Below are positions 49,082 through 61,664 of a DNA stretch of 64,000 nucleotides, piece by piece. The position numbers and the translations under genes were made by a program. The notes under the pieces are model-generated. The model was not told the DNA's origin and made no database searches. It was given only the letters and a program-made list of their open reading frames with translations. The DNA is from Felis catus. Its lineage: Eukaryota. The stretch spans positions 201,936,001-202,000,000 of the forward strand of contig NC_058368.1 in the NCBI RefSeq assembly GCF_018350175.1, given 5' to 3'. Position 1 is the stretch's first letter. Every line of letters begins with the position of its first letter.

Positions 49082-49272
49082 TTTAACATTTATTCATTTT
49101 TGAGAGACAGAGAAAGAAAATGAGCGGGGGAGGGACAGAGAGAGAGGGAGACATAGAATCCGAAGCAGGTCCCTGGCTACAGAGACTGACACGGGGCTTA
49201 AACCCACGAACCATGAGATCATGACCTGAGCCGAAGGTGGACGTTTAGCCAACTGAGCCACCCAGGTGCCCC
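49082..49272 (-). mobile_element. CAN-SINE
   Basis: Head at 49272; body shortened. Confidence 0.93.
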
Positions 49273-49514
49273 TATACTGTAGCTTCTTGGAATTCCCATA
49301 GTTGCTCAGTCATCTAGGAAAGCTCATGAAACCTCTTTTATCCTAGGAATCTTCTGATAAAGAGTCAAGTAGAAAGAGATTCCAAGGATATCCCCATTTG
49401 TGAACCATTGATAGTTGTGTCAAACTGCAACAGGAACTGTAGGGGATGATTTCTCTACATATACTGACCTTCCAATTTAATAATGCATGGAGAGCTGAGG
49501 TATTAAGGTATTGA

Positions 49515-49980
49515 GCAGCAAATATTTATTCAACTTCCAATGTGAGTTTTGTTCTGCACAATGTGCTGGAGGGTCCTCGGAAATCCAACCCAGGTTGGGC
49601 ATGGTCTCCACTGTCAAGGGAGCACAGGTCAGTGTAGAGGAAAATAATAAGCAAGTAAGCAAATAAATAAAAATATTTCACTGCTGATGCTAAGTGATGG
49701 AACAGGGTGCTGTGATCAGAAATAGCCTAAAGGGCTTTAGTTTACATTGGGTAGTCGGGGAGGGTACTGGTAAGAATGTGACATTTGAGCTGAGAGCTGA
49801 AGGAGGAGAAGGATCCAGTCTCATGAGGGGGAGAGGGAGGCAGAATTTCAAGCTGAGCTAATTGCTAGAGCAGTGTGAGGCGGGGTAAGAACTGGGCCTG
49901 TTCTAAGAACAGGTAGAAGCCTAGACTGGCTGGAGCTTCCTGAGGAGGGAAGATAAAAGCAGAAAATGAGGTAATTAATT
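49515..49980 (-). mobile_element. L2 3' end
   Basis: cagcaaatatttatt...gtgacatttgagctgagagctgaagga. Confidence 0.75.
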
Positions 49981-50079
49981 GTTCTTTTTTCCTGTATTTA
50001 ATTAAAATGCCCTGGCATATTTGCAAACCACAAGACCCTTGAGTGGATTCTGAAGGCTTTTCACTGTTTAAAAGTGAGT

Positions 50080-50925
50080 GAGAAGACAAACACCAATAAA
50101 AATGAATAAAAGATTCTCACAAAAGGATAGAACATGGTCAATAAGCACATGAAATGATGCTCACTACCATTACACAGCAAGGAAGTGCACATTAAAAGTA
50201 CCAGGAGATGACACTGCCCACTGAACTGGCTATAATTATAAAGACTGATAATGTCAACTGCTGGGCGGGATATGGAACACTGCTTATGGGTACAACTACC
50301 CATTATTTAGAATTATTTAGGAAATAATTCTGTAGTTTTTGGTGAAGTTAAACATACACTTACCCTACGAGACAGCAATTCCATTACTCGATATTTACCC
50401 AAAATACGTGAAAAGACAAAACTACAGAAAGCTTGCATACAAATATTCACAGTGGCTGTATTAGTAATAGGCAAAAATTAGAAACAGTGCGAAGGTCCAT
50501 TAACATGTGGTATATCAGTAAAATGGCCTAATCCTCAGCAAGAAAAAGGAATAAACTACTTTCACACACACCTATATAGACGAGCCTCAAACAAATGGTG
50601 AAAGAAAGAAGCCTGGCATGCACATACACACAAAATATGTGTGTATGATGATTCTATTTATGAGAAATTCTAGAAGGGAAAAATTACTGTACAGTGACAG
50701 AAAGTGAAAGCTGATGAGGCTAGTGGTTGCCTGAAGCTAAGGGTGGGAAATTTTTGCTGCAAAGGGTCATGAGGGGGATCTATTTGGGGTGATGCAAATA
50801 TTCCAAATCTTGATGGTGATAGTGGTAATATCAGTATAGATATTTGTCAGAACTAACTGAAATGCGTACTTAAAATGGGTGCATTTTATTGTATATAAAT
50901 TATACCTCAATACAGTTCACTGTAA
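50080..50925 (+). mobile_element. Ancient L1M 3' end
   Basis: ataagcacatgaaatgatgctca...cagcaattccattactc...gtatataaattatacctcaata. Confidence 0.8.
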
Positions 50926-51326
50926 AGAAACTAAACAAATTTGTTTTTATTAATGTTCACCGCTATTGTTCATTAAGATCTATTTTCTATAGTAAAGTAA
51001 ATATGTTTCCCATATTTCTTTAAAAATACTCACTTTTTGTTATCCTTTATCAGTCCTGACTGAAGTTTTTAAAAATAATTATTAGTGTTTTACATTACAT
51101 GGCACAGAGCTATGAAAAAAATAAGATCTCCTGAACTGTATTAATTTATGGGCATTCAGGAGATCTTTGCCTTATTATTATTATTATAATTTTTAATTTG
51201 GCATGTTGTTGTTAAAGAGTGATAACAATGGATATTCAAGGGAATTTTACAGAAAGGTTTTTAAATTATTATCATCGCATTTTAGGTTTCTTACTGGCTT
51301 AAGATTAGATATGCCCCAAACAGGAT

Positions 51327-51990
51327 GTCTTAAAGTTCCCTGAAAAATAGAGCCTGAGTCAAAGCCCCAAATCCTAAGACTTTATTGGGAGATTTACCCT
51401 TGCCAGGGTAGCTACAGTAAGGGAAAAAGAGTGAGCTGAAGGAAGGTAGGTGGTATGGTGGCCCAGCAGGCCACAGCTCCAGAATTTTGAGAGCACAGTG
51501 TGTTTCTCACATCAGGAAGGAAGTCTTTGAAGAGGGTCTTAAGAAAACCCTGCTACTTGGAACAGTGTAAGAGAGAAGGAAAAGAGAGGAATTTAACTGA
51601 GGGCTCTTTCCATTTTCCTGATTCTATTAGTTTCAGTTTGTCCATAGGACACGAACCCCCTGCCACTTCTGAGTTGTATTATTAGGTGCTGGGGAAGCCC
51701 TGTTCCACACCCCATGGCACGATACTTTATCTGAATGTGGACGTGATGGGAAGAACCAGAGCCACTGTGGGTCCTCTCGGTTTGGCCTGGGAGCATGGGC
51801 TGCTGCAGCAGCCTTGTGGACAGTGCATGAAGGCTGGGCTGGGCCAGCTGACACCTGCGAGGGCTGAGACAGCTGGCAGTGTGAGCAGATGATGCACCAA
51901 TGGTGACAGGGGAGCATTCTAATGAGCAAACTGTCCAAGTCTGGGAGGACAGTTGTCAATGTGGGAATCTGGGAAAGCACATGAAGTGGG
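51327..51990 (-). mobile_element. LTR33-like ERVL LTR (right boundary approximate)
   Basis: tgtcttaaagttccctgaaaaatagagcctgag...actttattgggag matches an LTR33-type 3' end in reverse; GC-richer body. Confidence 0.55.
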
Positions 51991-52203
51991 TTCTCTACTC
52001 TGGATCGGAAAACTCTAGAAGCTGATTGAGCATGTGTAACTGTAGGATAATTTACCTTCCAAGTTTGGGGGAAATTTGGTGGTGGTGTTAAGGAAAGAAA
52101 GAAAAAAAATTCCTCCTGGATTATTTTGGGAAAGGAATTTACTGTTTCAAACTAATAACATTTGGTAACAAGGCATTTCTCCTTAAATGCGTTGACATCT
52201 ACA

Positions 52204-52305
52204 GGCGCCTGGCTGGCTCAGTTGTAGAGCATATGACCTTGATCTCGGGGTTGTGAGTTCAAGCCCCACACTGGGTGTAGAGATTACCTAAACATAAAGT
52301 TTTAA
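52204..52305 (+). mobile_element. Short CAN-SINE (tRNA head and tail, no CT tract)
   Basis: A/B-box head ...gtgagttcaagccccacactgggtgtagagattac; TSD ttgacatct. Confidence 0.88.
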
Positions 52306-52853
52306 GAATTGACATCTCCTATGAAGGCACATGTTAAATTTCTTTTGATGTTACTATTAAATTTTATTTCCGCCATAAGCCTATCAACATTACTTCATTA
52401 AACTACCAAGTTGCACACTTTGGAATAGTCATCAACAAGGATCAGTATTAAGATTCTGCCTCAGTCACATCAGGAACTCAAGCCTTAGTTAAAAATGAAA
52501 ACAAAACAAAACAAAAATCACCATAACATCATTTTATGTATGCAAGATGTGAATTAATATAAATTTTGTTTCAAATACAGTTGAACATTGCTTTAAGCAA
52601 TAAATATTCACCTTAAAGTTTCAATGGAGATTTTAATTTTTATAAATTAAATAGTATTTTTAAATATTAGGCAAAGTCCATTTGAAAGCAAACAAATACT
52701 ACTTAATTTATAATTTTTGCATATCAAAATTTATCCATGTAGAGTCTTGTAAATATTTTACTTCCTTAAAATATAATTGTGCTAGAATTTGGTAAAGTCA
52801 ATTTATATAGTCCTGAGAAAAACTGCATGGCCCTAACTAAATAGAACAGTACA

Positions 52854-53088
52854 GGGGCACCTGGGTGGCTTAGTTGGTTGGGCGTCCAGCTCTTGATTTT
52901 GGCTCTTGTCATGATCTCAGGGTCATGGGATTGAGCCCTGTGTTGGGCTCCACGCTCTCAGCTCGGAGCCCACTTGGGATTCTCTCTCTCTTTCTCTCTG
53001 CCCCTCCCCCACTCATTCTCGTGCGCGCGGGTGTGGCATGCGCTCTCTCTGGTCTCTCTCGCTCTCTTGCAAAATAAATAAACTTTAA
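52854..53088 (+). mobile_element. CAN-SINE
   Basis: Head, CT tract, tail. Confidence 0.93.
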
Positions 53089-54202
53089 AAATAGAAAACA
53101 AATTCAAGCATTAGTAAAACCTGAATGTTTCCTCTCCTTTCTGCCATTTTTCCTCAAAATTTGTTACCACTTCAGGGAAAGTACATCTGCATGTACTTTC
53201 TTGGTTCTTTCAGGTCCCAAGTAGTCTAAGTTTGTTCATCTTTTTCCACCAAGAATAAACCAGAGGAAACATCTTGTTTCATTTTTTGCAGTGCTAGGAA
53301 ACTTTTGTTATCTCTGAGGGAATTTCTGGGGCACATGTTAAGTCATAGGTTGCTTTGGGAAAACAAATTCTACTACTATTTGTAGCAAATGAATATAATT
53401 GGTATGGATTACATAATTATACATAAAATGCCAGATATGTTATACAAGTGAGAAAAAACAAGACATGCAGAAAAGTAAGATCAGAGAAGTAAGGTCACAA
53501 AACTGGTCAGTGACCAAAAGAGATCTAGATTTAAAAAAAAAAAAAAAAAGAGATCTAGAATTGTGAAACTCTATGGCTAACTACATTTTTGTTCTCCTAA
53601 CAGCCCTTTCCATTGCAAGGCAATTTTTCCCTGGATCTGACCTTAAAATTCAATGGAAGGAGAGGCAATATTCTCCTTAGCCTCACTGAGAGCTATGTCA
53701 ACAGTATTTACATCCAATATATAATTTCAGTTCTGAGGTTGGCAATGCAGGGATTTCTTGGTCAGACTCAATCCTGCACACATACGTTTGTGCACACACA
53801 TGCTTGTACACACACAAGCACCAGCACACAAACATCATAAATCTTTGTGATTATGAAAAACCTGGTAGATCTTCCTGAGACAAAACATGACTAAAAAACA
53901 ACAAAGAGAGATTGAATTTGTGTCATTATTATATTTATTCCAGGTGAGATGATATCTCTCATTCCTAAATATCAATTCTAATTTTTTGTACATCTATAAT
54001 TCTCCAAGGTATGATTTGAAGTTGGGTAGAAAGTTCTTAATAACATTAGTGACATATTGATAATTAAATATCAAGGAAAGTAATTCCCAAACTTGAAAAC
54101 AGGAAGACTAATGAGGGTTTTTATGCACAAGATAATATTCTTGACTAATCTCAAATCACACAAATATTTATGATGTGACAAATGTTTAGCCAATGAATTT
54201 AA

Positions 54203-54314
54203 TTTTTTTTTAAGGTAGGCTCTATGCCCAGTGTGGGGTTTGAACTCACAACCCTGAGATCAGATCTGAGCTGAGACCAAGAATTGGATGCTTAACTGAC
54301 TGAGCCACCCAGGC
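54203..54314 (-). mobile_element. Short CAN-SINE
   Basis: Minus-strand tRNA head and T-run. Confidence 0.85.
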
Positions 54315-54739
54315 AAATTTTAAATGTTTAGTTGTTAAAATGTATTATGGAATATTTCATAATTCCAAAGGAACAAAATGTCAACAAAAATCTATATATT
54401 ACTCAGCTTAGAAATAGAACATTCTGATATAGTTAAAGCTGATTATGAATCTCTTTTTAACAGCATCATATTTCCTCCAGCTTCTGAGGTTACTACTTTC
54501 ATGCAATTTGGTGTTTATTATTACCATGCCTGGCAGATTGTATGTATACATGTAAATAGACATACAAAATATAAATATGCATGTATACGTACACATACCT
54601 ATATGTGTATATATAAACATTTTACAATTTTTATTTAAAAAGCATTATACTATGTATTTTTTGGCAATTTTTTTCAACATTAAATTTGTAAGGTCCACCC
54701 ATTTATTCATCTTCTCTGCTATGTAACATTTCATTGTAT

Positions 54740-54970
54740 GGGGGCACTGGGGTGGCTTTTCAGGTTAAGCCTCTGACTCTTGGTTTCAGCTCAGGTCATG
54801 ATCTCACAGTTTGTGAGATCCAGCTCCATGTCGGGATCTGTGCTGACAGTGCAGGGCCTACTTGGGATTCTCTCTCTCCTTCTCTTTCTGTTCCTCCCTC
54901 TCCCCCTTTCGTACGTGAGTGTGTGCACATTCTCTCTCTCTCTCTATTACTCTCAAAATAAATAAATAAA
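54740..54970 (+). mobile_element. CAN-SINE (first of a head-to-tail pair)
   Basis: Outer TSD-like tttcattgtatgg flanks the whole pair. Confidence 0.92.
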
Positions 54971-54971
54971 T

Positions 54972-55214
54972 GGGGGTGTCTGGGTGGCTCAGTCAGTTGA
55001 GCATGCAACTCTTGATTTCAGCTCTGGTCATGATCCCAGGATCATGGGATCAAGCCCCACATGGGGCTCTGTGCTGAGTCTGCTTATGATTCTCTCTCTC
55101 TCCCTCTGCCCCTCTCTTTAGCTCATGTGCTCTCTCAAAATAATAAATAAAATAAAATAAAATAAAATAAAATAAAATAAAATAAAATAAAGTAAAATTA
55201 AATTAAATTAAAAA
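54972..55214 (+). mobile_element. CAN-SINE inserted in the tail of the previous SINE; (TAAAA)n tail
   Basis: Head directly follows aataaataaat; pentamer repeat at 55141-55212. Confidence 0.92.
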
Positions 55215-56033
55215 TTGTATGAAACCCTTTCATTGTATGGATCTGTCACAATTTACTTGTCTATTTCCCAATTAATGAACATTTCAGATTTTTTCCATTT
55301 TTTTCTCTTACCAAAAATGCTGCCATTAATTATTTTATTGACTATAATAGGTGGATTATTGATCCTGTGACTTGCCATGATTTAGGTGGTTTGTTTAAAA
55401 TAAAAATTCTACCTGCAGATGTTTTACCGGGCTTGCCATATGTTTATGTTTGAGGTTTATTTACTTCCAACATTTATACATTGAACATAAGATCACTGTG
55501 TATAGATACTGCTTTGTATTCAATTACATAAAAGAAAGCAATGGAATATTTTAAAACCAAATTAGGGAAGAACTTTTTATGAGCGGTGGAGAAGGAGTTG
55601 TTTGGTTTTAGTCATTGTACTTTTTCCTCACTGCTCAATCCTTTCTAGCTTAAACTGTGTCTAGAAAGTGCTCAATACATTTTCATTGAATAAATGACTA
55701 ATAAATTGAGAAATACTGTTAATATAGTTTGGGAGTCCAATTTAAAATAGTTTTTGGTGTATTCTTTCCCAACCCCCCATTAAGTACATCATAAGCCAGG
55801 CTCACGTTCTACTCATATTCTTACCCTTTGGTTTTCAGTTTCGATTTTATTTCTGGAAAAAACAAAGCCCACACTATCATCAACACTTAGATGGCCATAA
55901 CCCTGTCACTAGAGTCTGAGAACATTTATCATCCATAGGCTGCTACAACCAGTTAGAAAATGGCAGTGGCCAACCCACCCGGGAAAGAGCACGTGACGTG
56001 GTGCAACACTGCCTTCTACAGGTGTGTGGGCAG

Positions 56034-56230
56034 CGGTAGTGTGCTGGAGCCAGCTCACAGCGGTTCGAGACAGACAAGTGCTCATTTATCAGGGATTTTG
56101 CAAGATGGTTGTTCCACTGAGGCTTGAAATCAGTCTTGGTAGGAGTATTTATATCATAGAAATCATCATCACAGGCTACAAGTCAGCCCATTTTCCCCGC
56201 GGGTTGTTAAACATTTGTCAGCACGGCACT
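56034..56230 (+). mobile_element. MER63-like hAT DNA transposon
   Basis: gtagtgtgctggagccagctc...gcttgaaatcag...ggttgttaaacatttgtcagcacggcact with inverted termini. Confidence 0.78.
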
Positions 56231-56859
56231 CCTCTCACCTCCGCTCCCTTCGCATCATTACACCAATCAGAACTCTACACGGTTGTTACTCTACTGCAAA
56301 GGTCCTACTTTTAAGACAACAGGGGCATCTTCACATCTTTTATTTGTGTTTTGTTTTGTTGTTTTTTTTTTTGTCCGGTTGGACACTATAAATTCTGGAA
56401 AACAAAATGGGGAGAAGCAGAGCATGGGAATTTTCAGAGACATAGGTAGCAATGAGATGTGGGCAGGCATAATGCTTACAGTTAAAGTGTTGCGTGTAGG
56501 TCAGACATGGTTTGGGGAGAAAAGTAGTGGACAAATCAGACCCACCCCAAAACTGAGTTCCATTCCCAAATCACGCAATACGTATTTGGGAAATGATGGG
56601 ATGAATGTTGGAAATGAACTGTACTGTTTTTGCCTACTGAAATAGACTCATTCTCTCTGGTCAACCTTATTCCTCATAGTTCTATAATATGCACCAAACT
56701 TAGGCTGTTTTTACTAAATTCTTATCCTTTAAACTGTTTCCCCCACGTGAGTCATGTCCTCTATTTCCTAACTGCCTTTGATCCTACCTTCTCCTTGTCT
56801 AGATCATCTGATCCTGTGACCTTTCCTGTTCAATGAAGCCATATTTCTACCTCTGCATA

Positions 56860-57660
56860 TTAAAAAGGGCTTTTTATATTGATATGTATTTTTTATTGTA
56901 TACTCTTTTTTAGATTACCTTGTTATGTCTCAAGTTCTTGAATCTGTAATCGCCCTCTCTTGTGTGCTTAGTCTCATTCATGATGGTTTATTTCTGTGAT
57001 TTCCATACATGCTGTTACTTGTTAATTGCCTATTTTAGTGAGCCTTTTTTCCTCTCTTTATTTTTCAGATAATACTGTGGCATGGCTTTAAGGAACAGCT
57101 TTGCATTCGCTTTGCCAGCTGGCTTGGTGGTAATCATGGTCTCAAGAACAACGTAATGCATATTGTTAACGTTAACAATATGCTAATTTTATCCTCAAGC
57201 CCACGGTAGCCTATGGAAATAAGGTAGAACTTCACTTTATTTGGGGTTCTATTTTTTTCCCACATAGCCGAGACAGACACGTTTCTTTGTGACACTGGAC
57301 AATTTAAAAATTAAATGGTCCACCAAATGTGTAGACAGTTGAGGGTCCCAGCTCTGTTCAGATCTCTTAGTCCCAATTTTCTGTCATGTGTCGGCCCAGG
57401 CATGTCCCCTTTCTCATGTGGGAAATAGAACTTGAGTCCCTAAAGTACTGGGAAGAGAAGTACATCACAGGACAGTCTCAGGTTCCACTCACATGCTTAC
57501 CCTTTGGTTTTCAGTTTCTATTTTATTTCTGGAACTGACAAATTTTCCTCTCTTTGTTGAAAATTTAGCTATGCATTTAAAAATAAGCTTGGTTTTTTCC
57601 ATCCACCATATCTTGGTATTTGTAGTGGAAAGGGTTCTAGTTATCTTTGTCAGCTACCCT
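56860..57660 (-). mobile_element. HAL1/ancient L1 5' region (approximate)
   Basis: tttagctatgcatttaaaa...ggtatttgtagtggaaagggtt resembles the HAL1-type 5' end as I recall it. Confidence 0.4.
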
Positions 57661-57914
57661 GTGATAAATGAGAGTTTTATCTAGCTTTATAGTCAGAAAA
57701 AATTATTTGAAGAGAGAAATTACCCCTTAATGGGAATAACAATTGCTAGTGATCTCATTTTGGTAAAATTAGCCACCATCTTCTACACTGCTAAGGTGTA
57801 ATATTTTTAAAAATGGCCACTACATACAATTCCCCACTACAAATATTTGTGAACGCTTTTAATTGGTAGAATTCTTATTTTTTTAAAGGAAGTAGGCTCT
57901 TATTTCCCCAATTA

Positions 57915-58125
57915 TTTATTCATTTATTATTTTATTTTAGAGAGAAAGAGTGTGAGTGGGGAAGAGGGGAAGAAGGGGGAGAGAGAGAGAGAGAACGGGA
58001 ATCTTAAGCAGGTTCCACACTCAGCACGGAGGCTGACACAGGGCTCGATCCCACAACCCTGGGATCACAACCTGAGCCGAAATCAAGAGTCAGAGGCTCC
58101 ACCAACTGAGCCACACAGATGCCCC
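57915..58125 (-). mobile_element. CAN-SINE
   Basis: Minus-strand head at 58125, GA tract and T tail. Confidence 0.92.
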
Positions 58126-58399
58126 AAATTATTCTTAAATTTAATAAAGAAACAACTAAAAATCTTCCTCCAAGTGTAAAACATTATTAAGATTTTCATC
58201 TTAAGGTTATAGGGAAATAAAATATAATGGAAAAATGTAGCTTTGTGGACTATTTGGGGGAAATATGAAATGAATTTTTCTCAACATATGGGAGTTAATT
58301 CATACACCAGGTAAATACTGAGTTGTAAACATGGTTGTAAAAAGTATTGCCAGGCTCAACGATGCTGTTGTAATAGTCACATTTCCATTTAGTTTCACA

Positions 58400-58700
58400 A
58401 TATTCATGATGTATCTAATATGTGCCAGGCATGGTGTTCACATCTGGTTTACCCAAACCATGATTATTCTCAAATATCTTACTGTCCAATGTGAGAACAG
58501 CATGTTAAAAATAAAAATAATTAAAATCTAGACTGACAGTGCAGTAGTGATAGAACGCAAAAGAGATAGAAATAATACATACAAGGAAGACTTCACTGAG
58601 GACATTGCACCCTAGCAAGAGTTTGAGAGAGAAATAGGTGTTAACATGTAAACTAACAAAAGAAGAACATTTCAGACACAGTGAAGGCACCTAACACATG
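58400..58700 (-). mobile_element. L2 fragment
   Basis: atatgtgccaggcatggtg...ggaagacttcactgagga. Confidence 0.55.
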
Positions 58701-59059
58701 GTTGCACAGCTTAATGGAAAGGATGTTTAGTTGGGATCGTCCATGTTGAAGAAGAGTATGTTAATATTGATCCACAAAGTTGGAGTGAGATCTTGACGTT
58801 ATCTGAGTCCTCCCTTGTTAGTTCAGTTCAGTTATTTATCAAGAACCACATTTGAGAACTGAAGTGGGATTCCCATATAAGAGAAGGGCAGCAAATTAGA
58901 AAGTGGAATATAAATCCTAGAGTTTGCCAAAGTATCTGGTAGTCAAGTGAGAAACATGAGTTGACCAGGCTGGGCATTTGCTTTGTACCAGTGCACATGC
59001 AGATGGTTGTACCATCAGTACTCGACCACAGGCTCCCTTTTTGTCTACATATTTTGTAT

Positions 59060-59320
59060 ATGATGTAGTGGTTTTGATCAAGTGCAGGAGCCACACCACT
59101 TAGGTTCACATTCCATCTCCACCACTTGCAGGTCCATGACTTTGGAGAAATTATGGAAAATTGCTGGGGGAAATGGATGTTTACTCATCTGCACAATGGG
59201 AATAATGGATAGTACATAATAATGATACCATGTGTCCTTGAAAGGCTTAAGTGTGTTAATATGTGCATAGTATTTAGAAAAAAATGACTGGAATTTAGTA
59301 GATATTAGCTATTTCTATTA
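59060..59320 (+). mobile_element. MIR
   Basis: taggttcacattccatctccaccactt...ctcatctgcacaatgggaataat. Confidence 0.65.
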
Positions 59321-60379
59321 TTGCTATGTGGATACTCTGCCCTAGTTTTGTCCCTCATTCCTGTTATAAAATATCTACTCAGAGTTCACAGAGGAAAAAA
59401 ATTCACAAATCCACAAAACAGTATTGTAATATTGTTTATGGGGTAGTGTTCAATGGTATCTTAAGCTTATCTTCAATATTTAAACATTTTTACACAGAGA
59501 ATAAACTTATGTATTACTTACATGTGATATAAACTTAAAATCATCCCTACTCTCTATTTGTAGTTCTAGTTTGATGCTGGCCAAGATACAAGTTTTATCT
59601 TACCAAAGATATTTATCTTTTGAACTTTTTTCACATCAACGACAAGTATGATCAATACCTCCCTCCCCGCCCCCCACATTGCCACATTTAACCTTCATTC
59701 ATTCATCGCTCATTCATTCACTCATTCATTCATCAGTTACTGAATTCCTACCACATACAGGTATTGCTTCTAATTATTTAGATATGAGCTATAGTTTGAT
59801 TTTTGTAATTAACAGATGGTTAAAAATTTTTTTAAAGTGGCGTGTATCCACAATTGAAGTATCTCAGCAGGAAATCAGTATTTTAGGAAAAATTACAAAG
59901 CTTGTAGGAAACACAAAACGATGAATATCACATATGCATAATGAACAGGCAAAATGCTGATGAAGGCACCACCTGGGCAATTTTAAAATAGCTTCCAATG
60001 GGAGGAGGGGACATTTTTTACATTCTGATGGGTACTTTTTTAAGAGAAATAAACTTAAAAACATCCAATCAAGTATGAAGCCCAAATAGGATATCATTTT
60101 TGAAATATATTGGAAAAAGTTCAAAAACATTTTTTTCTGCAGCCCTGTCAATGGAACAGAAGACCCAGAGGTTACTAAATTCTGCATAAAGCAAAGAGGA
60201 AGAAAAGAAAACCTATGTAAAGACATGTTTGTGGTTGTATTATTTAGTTTTTCTGGGACTAAGAAACAAGAAAGATACTCTGAGGCTGAATGAAATTATT
60301 TCAACTCTTTCTCTTTCCTCTCAATGCAGTGGCATTATCTGTTGGCTTGAGAAACCAAAGGAAATTAATGAAAGTCACT

Positions 60380-60963
60380 TGTGATGGTTAATTCTGTGTG
60401 TCAACTTGATTGGGCCACAAGGTGCCCAAATATTTTGTGAAACATTATTTTGGATGTTCCTGTAAGAGTGTTTGGATGAGATTAACATTTGAATCAGTAA
60501 ACTGAGTAAAGTAGATTGCCCTCCCTAATGTGGATGGGCCTCATCCAATCAGTTGAAGGGCTAATAAACCAAAAAGGCTGAGTAAGAAGGAACTTATTCT
60601 GCCTGACTGCCTTTGAACTGAGATAATCAGCTTTTTCCTGCCTTCAGACTCCAGCTGAAACATTGAATCTTCCTCGGTCAAGCCTACTAGTTTATGAACT
60701 GGAACTATGCCATCCTCTCAACTGGATCTCTAACTTGCTTACTCACTCTGCAGATCTTGGGACTTTCCAGCCTCCATAACTGCATGAGCCAATTTCTTAT
60801 ATTAAATGTATATCTATATATGTACAAATCTGTATCTATATTTATCTATTTAATATAGATTTATTTATACTAAAAGATAAATACAGATAAAATTTGTAGA
60901 TACATAGATAGATATAGATATCTTCTATTTGCTCTTTTTCTCTGGAGAACCTTGACTAATACA
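60380..60963 (+). mobile_element. MLT2-type ERVL solo LTR
   Basis: tgtgatggttaattctgtgtgtcaacttga...ctctggagaaccttgactaataca; flanking gtcac at 60374-60378 and 60964-60968. Confidence 0.92.
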
Positions 60964-61035
60964 GTCACATTTGGTATGGTGTAGACTCTTAGGATGCTTC
61001 TTGTCAGTATCTCTTTTAAAAAACAATTTACTTTT

Positions 61036-61238
61036 GGGGCACTGGATGACTCAGTGGGTTAAGCATCCAACTCTTGGTTTCGGCCCAGGTCATGATCTTG
61101 CAGTTCGTGGATCTGAGCCCCACATCAGGCTACATGCTGACAGCTCAGAGCCTGCTTGGGATCCTCTCTCTCTCCTTCTTCTGCCCCCCCCCCCCCAACT
61201 TGCTCTCTCAAAATAAATAAATAAAACTAAAAAAAAAA
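61036..61238 (+). mobile_element. CAN-SINE
   Basis: Head, C-run, tail. Confidence 0.92.
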
Positions 61239-61442
61239 TCTCTTAAATCTCCACGCAAAAACAAAAAACAAAGAAAAAACAAACCAAAGAATGAGAGAAA
61301 AATTTAATGGGTAGAAGCCCTATTATTAAACTGTACTCTAGGGAGGGACATACATGAGAACTTAAAAAAAAAAAAACTTATCAGGATATTCGATATAAGC
61401 ACAAATCACAAAATTCTATTTCATTTAAATTTGAGAGAAAGA

Positions 61443-61664
61443 GGGGCGCCTGGGTGGCTCAGTCGGTCAAGTGTCCGACTTCAGCTCAAGTCATGATCTC
61501 AACTCCGTGAGTTCAAGCTCTGCATGGGGCTCTGTGCTGACGGCTCAGAGCCTGGAGCCTGCTTCAGATTCTGTGTCTCCCCCTCTCTCTGCCCCTCCCA
61601 TGCTCATGCTCTGTCTCTCTCTGTCTCAAAAGTAAAAATAAAAACATTAAAAAAAATTTTTTTT
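61443..61664 (+). mobile_element. CAN-SINE (SINEC_Fc-like)
   Basis: TSD aaatt(t)gagagaaa. Confidence 0.95.

Noticed and set aside
48886..49123. Poly-K/E and poly-S/F ORFs
   Set aside because: Translation of the triplet microsatellite
52204..52280. tRNA-like sequence
   Set aside because: Has a SINE tail and TSD; it is a short CAN-SINE, not a tRNA gene
53177..53200. 10-bp hairpin (also a 9-bp one at about 15911-15935)
   Set aside because: Stems this short are expected by chance in 64 kb
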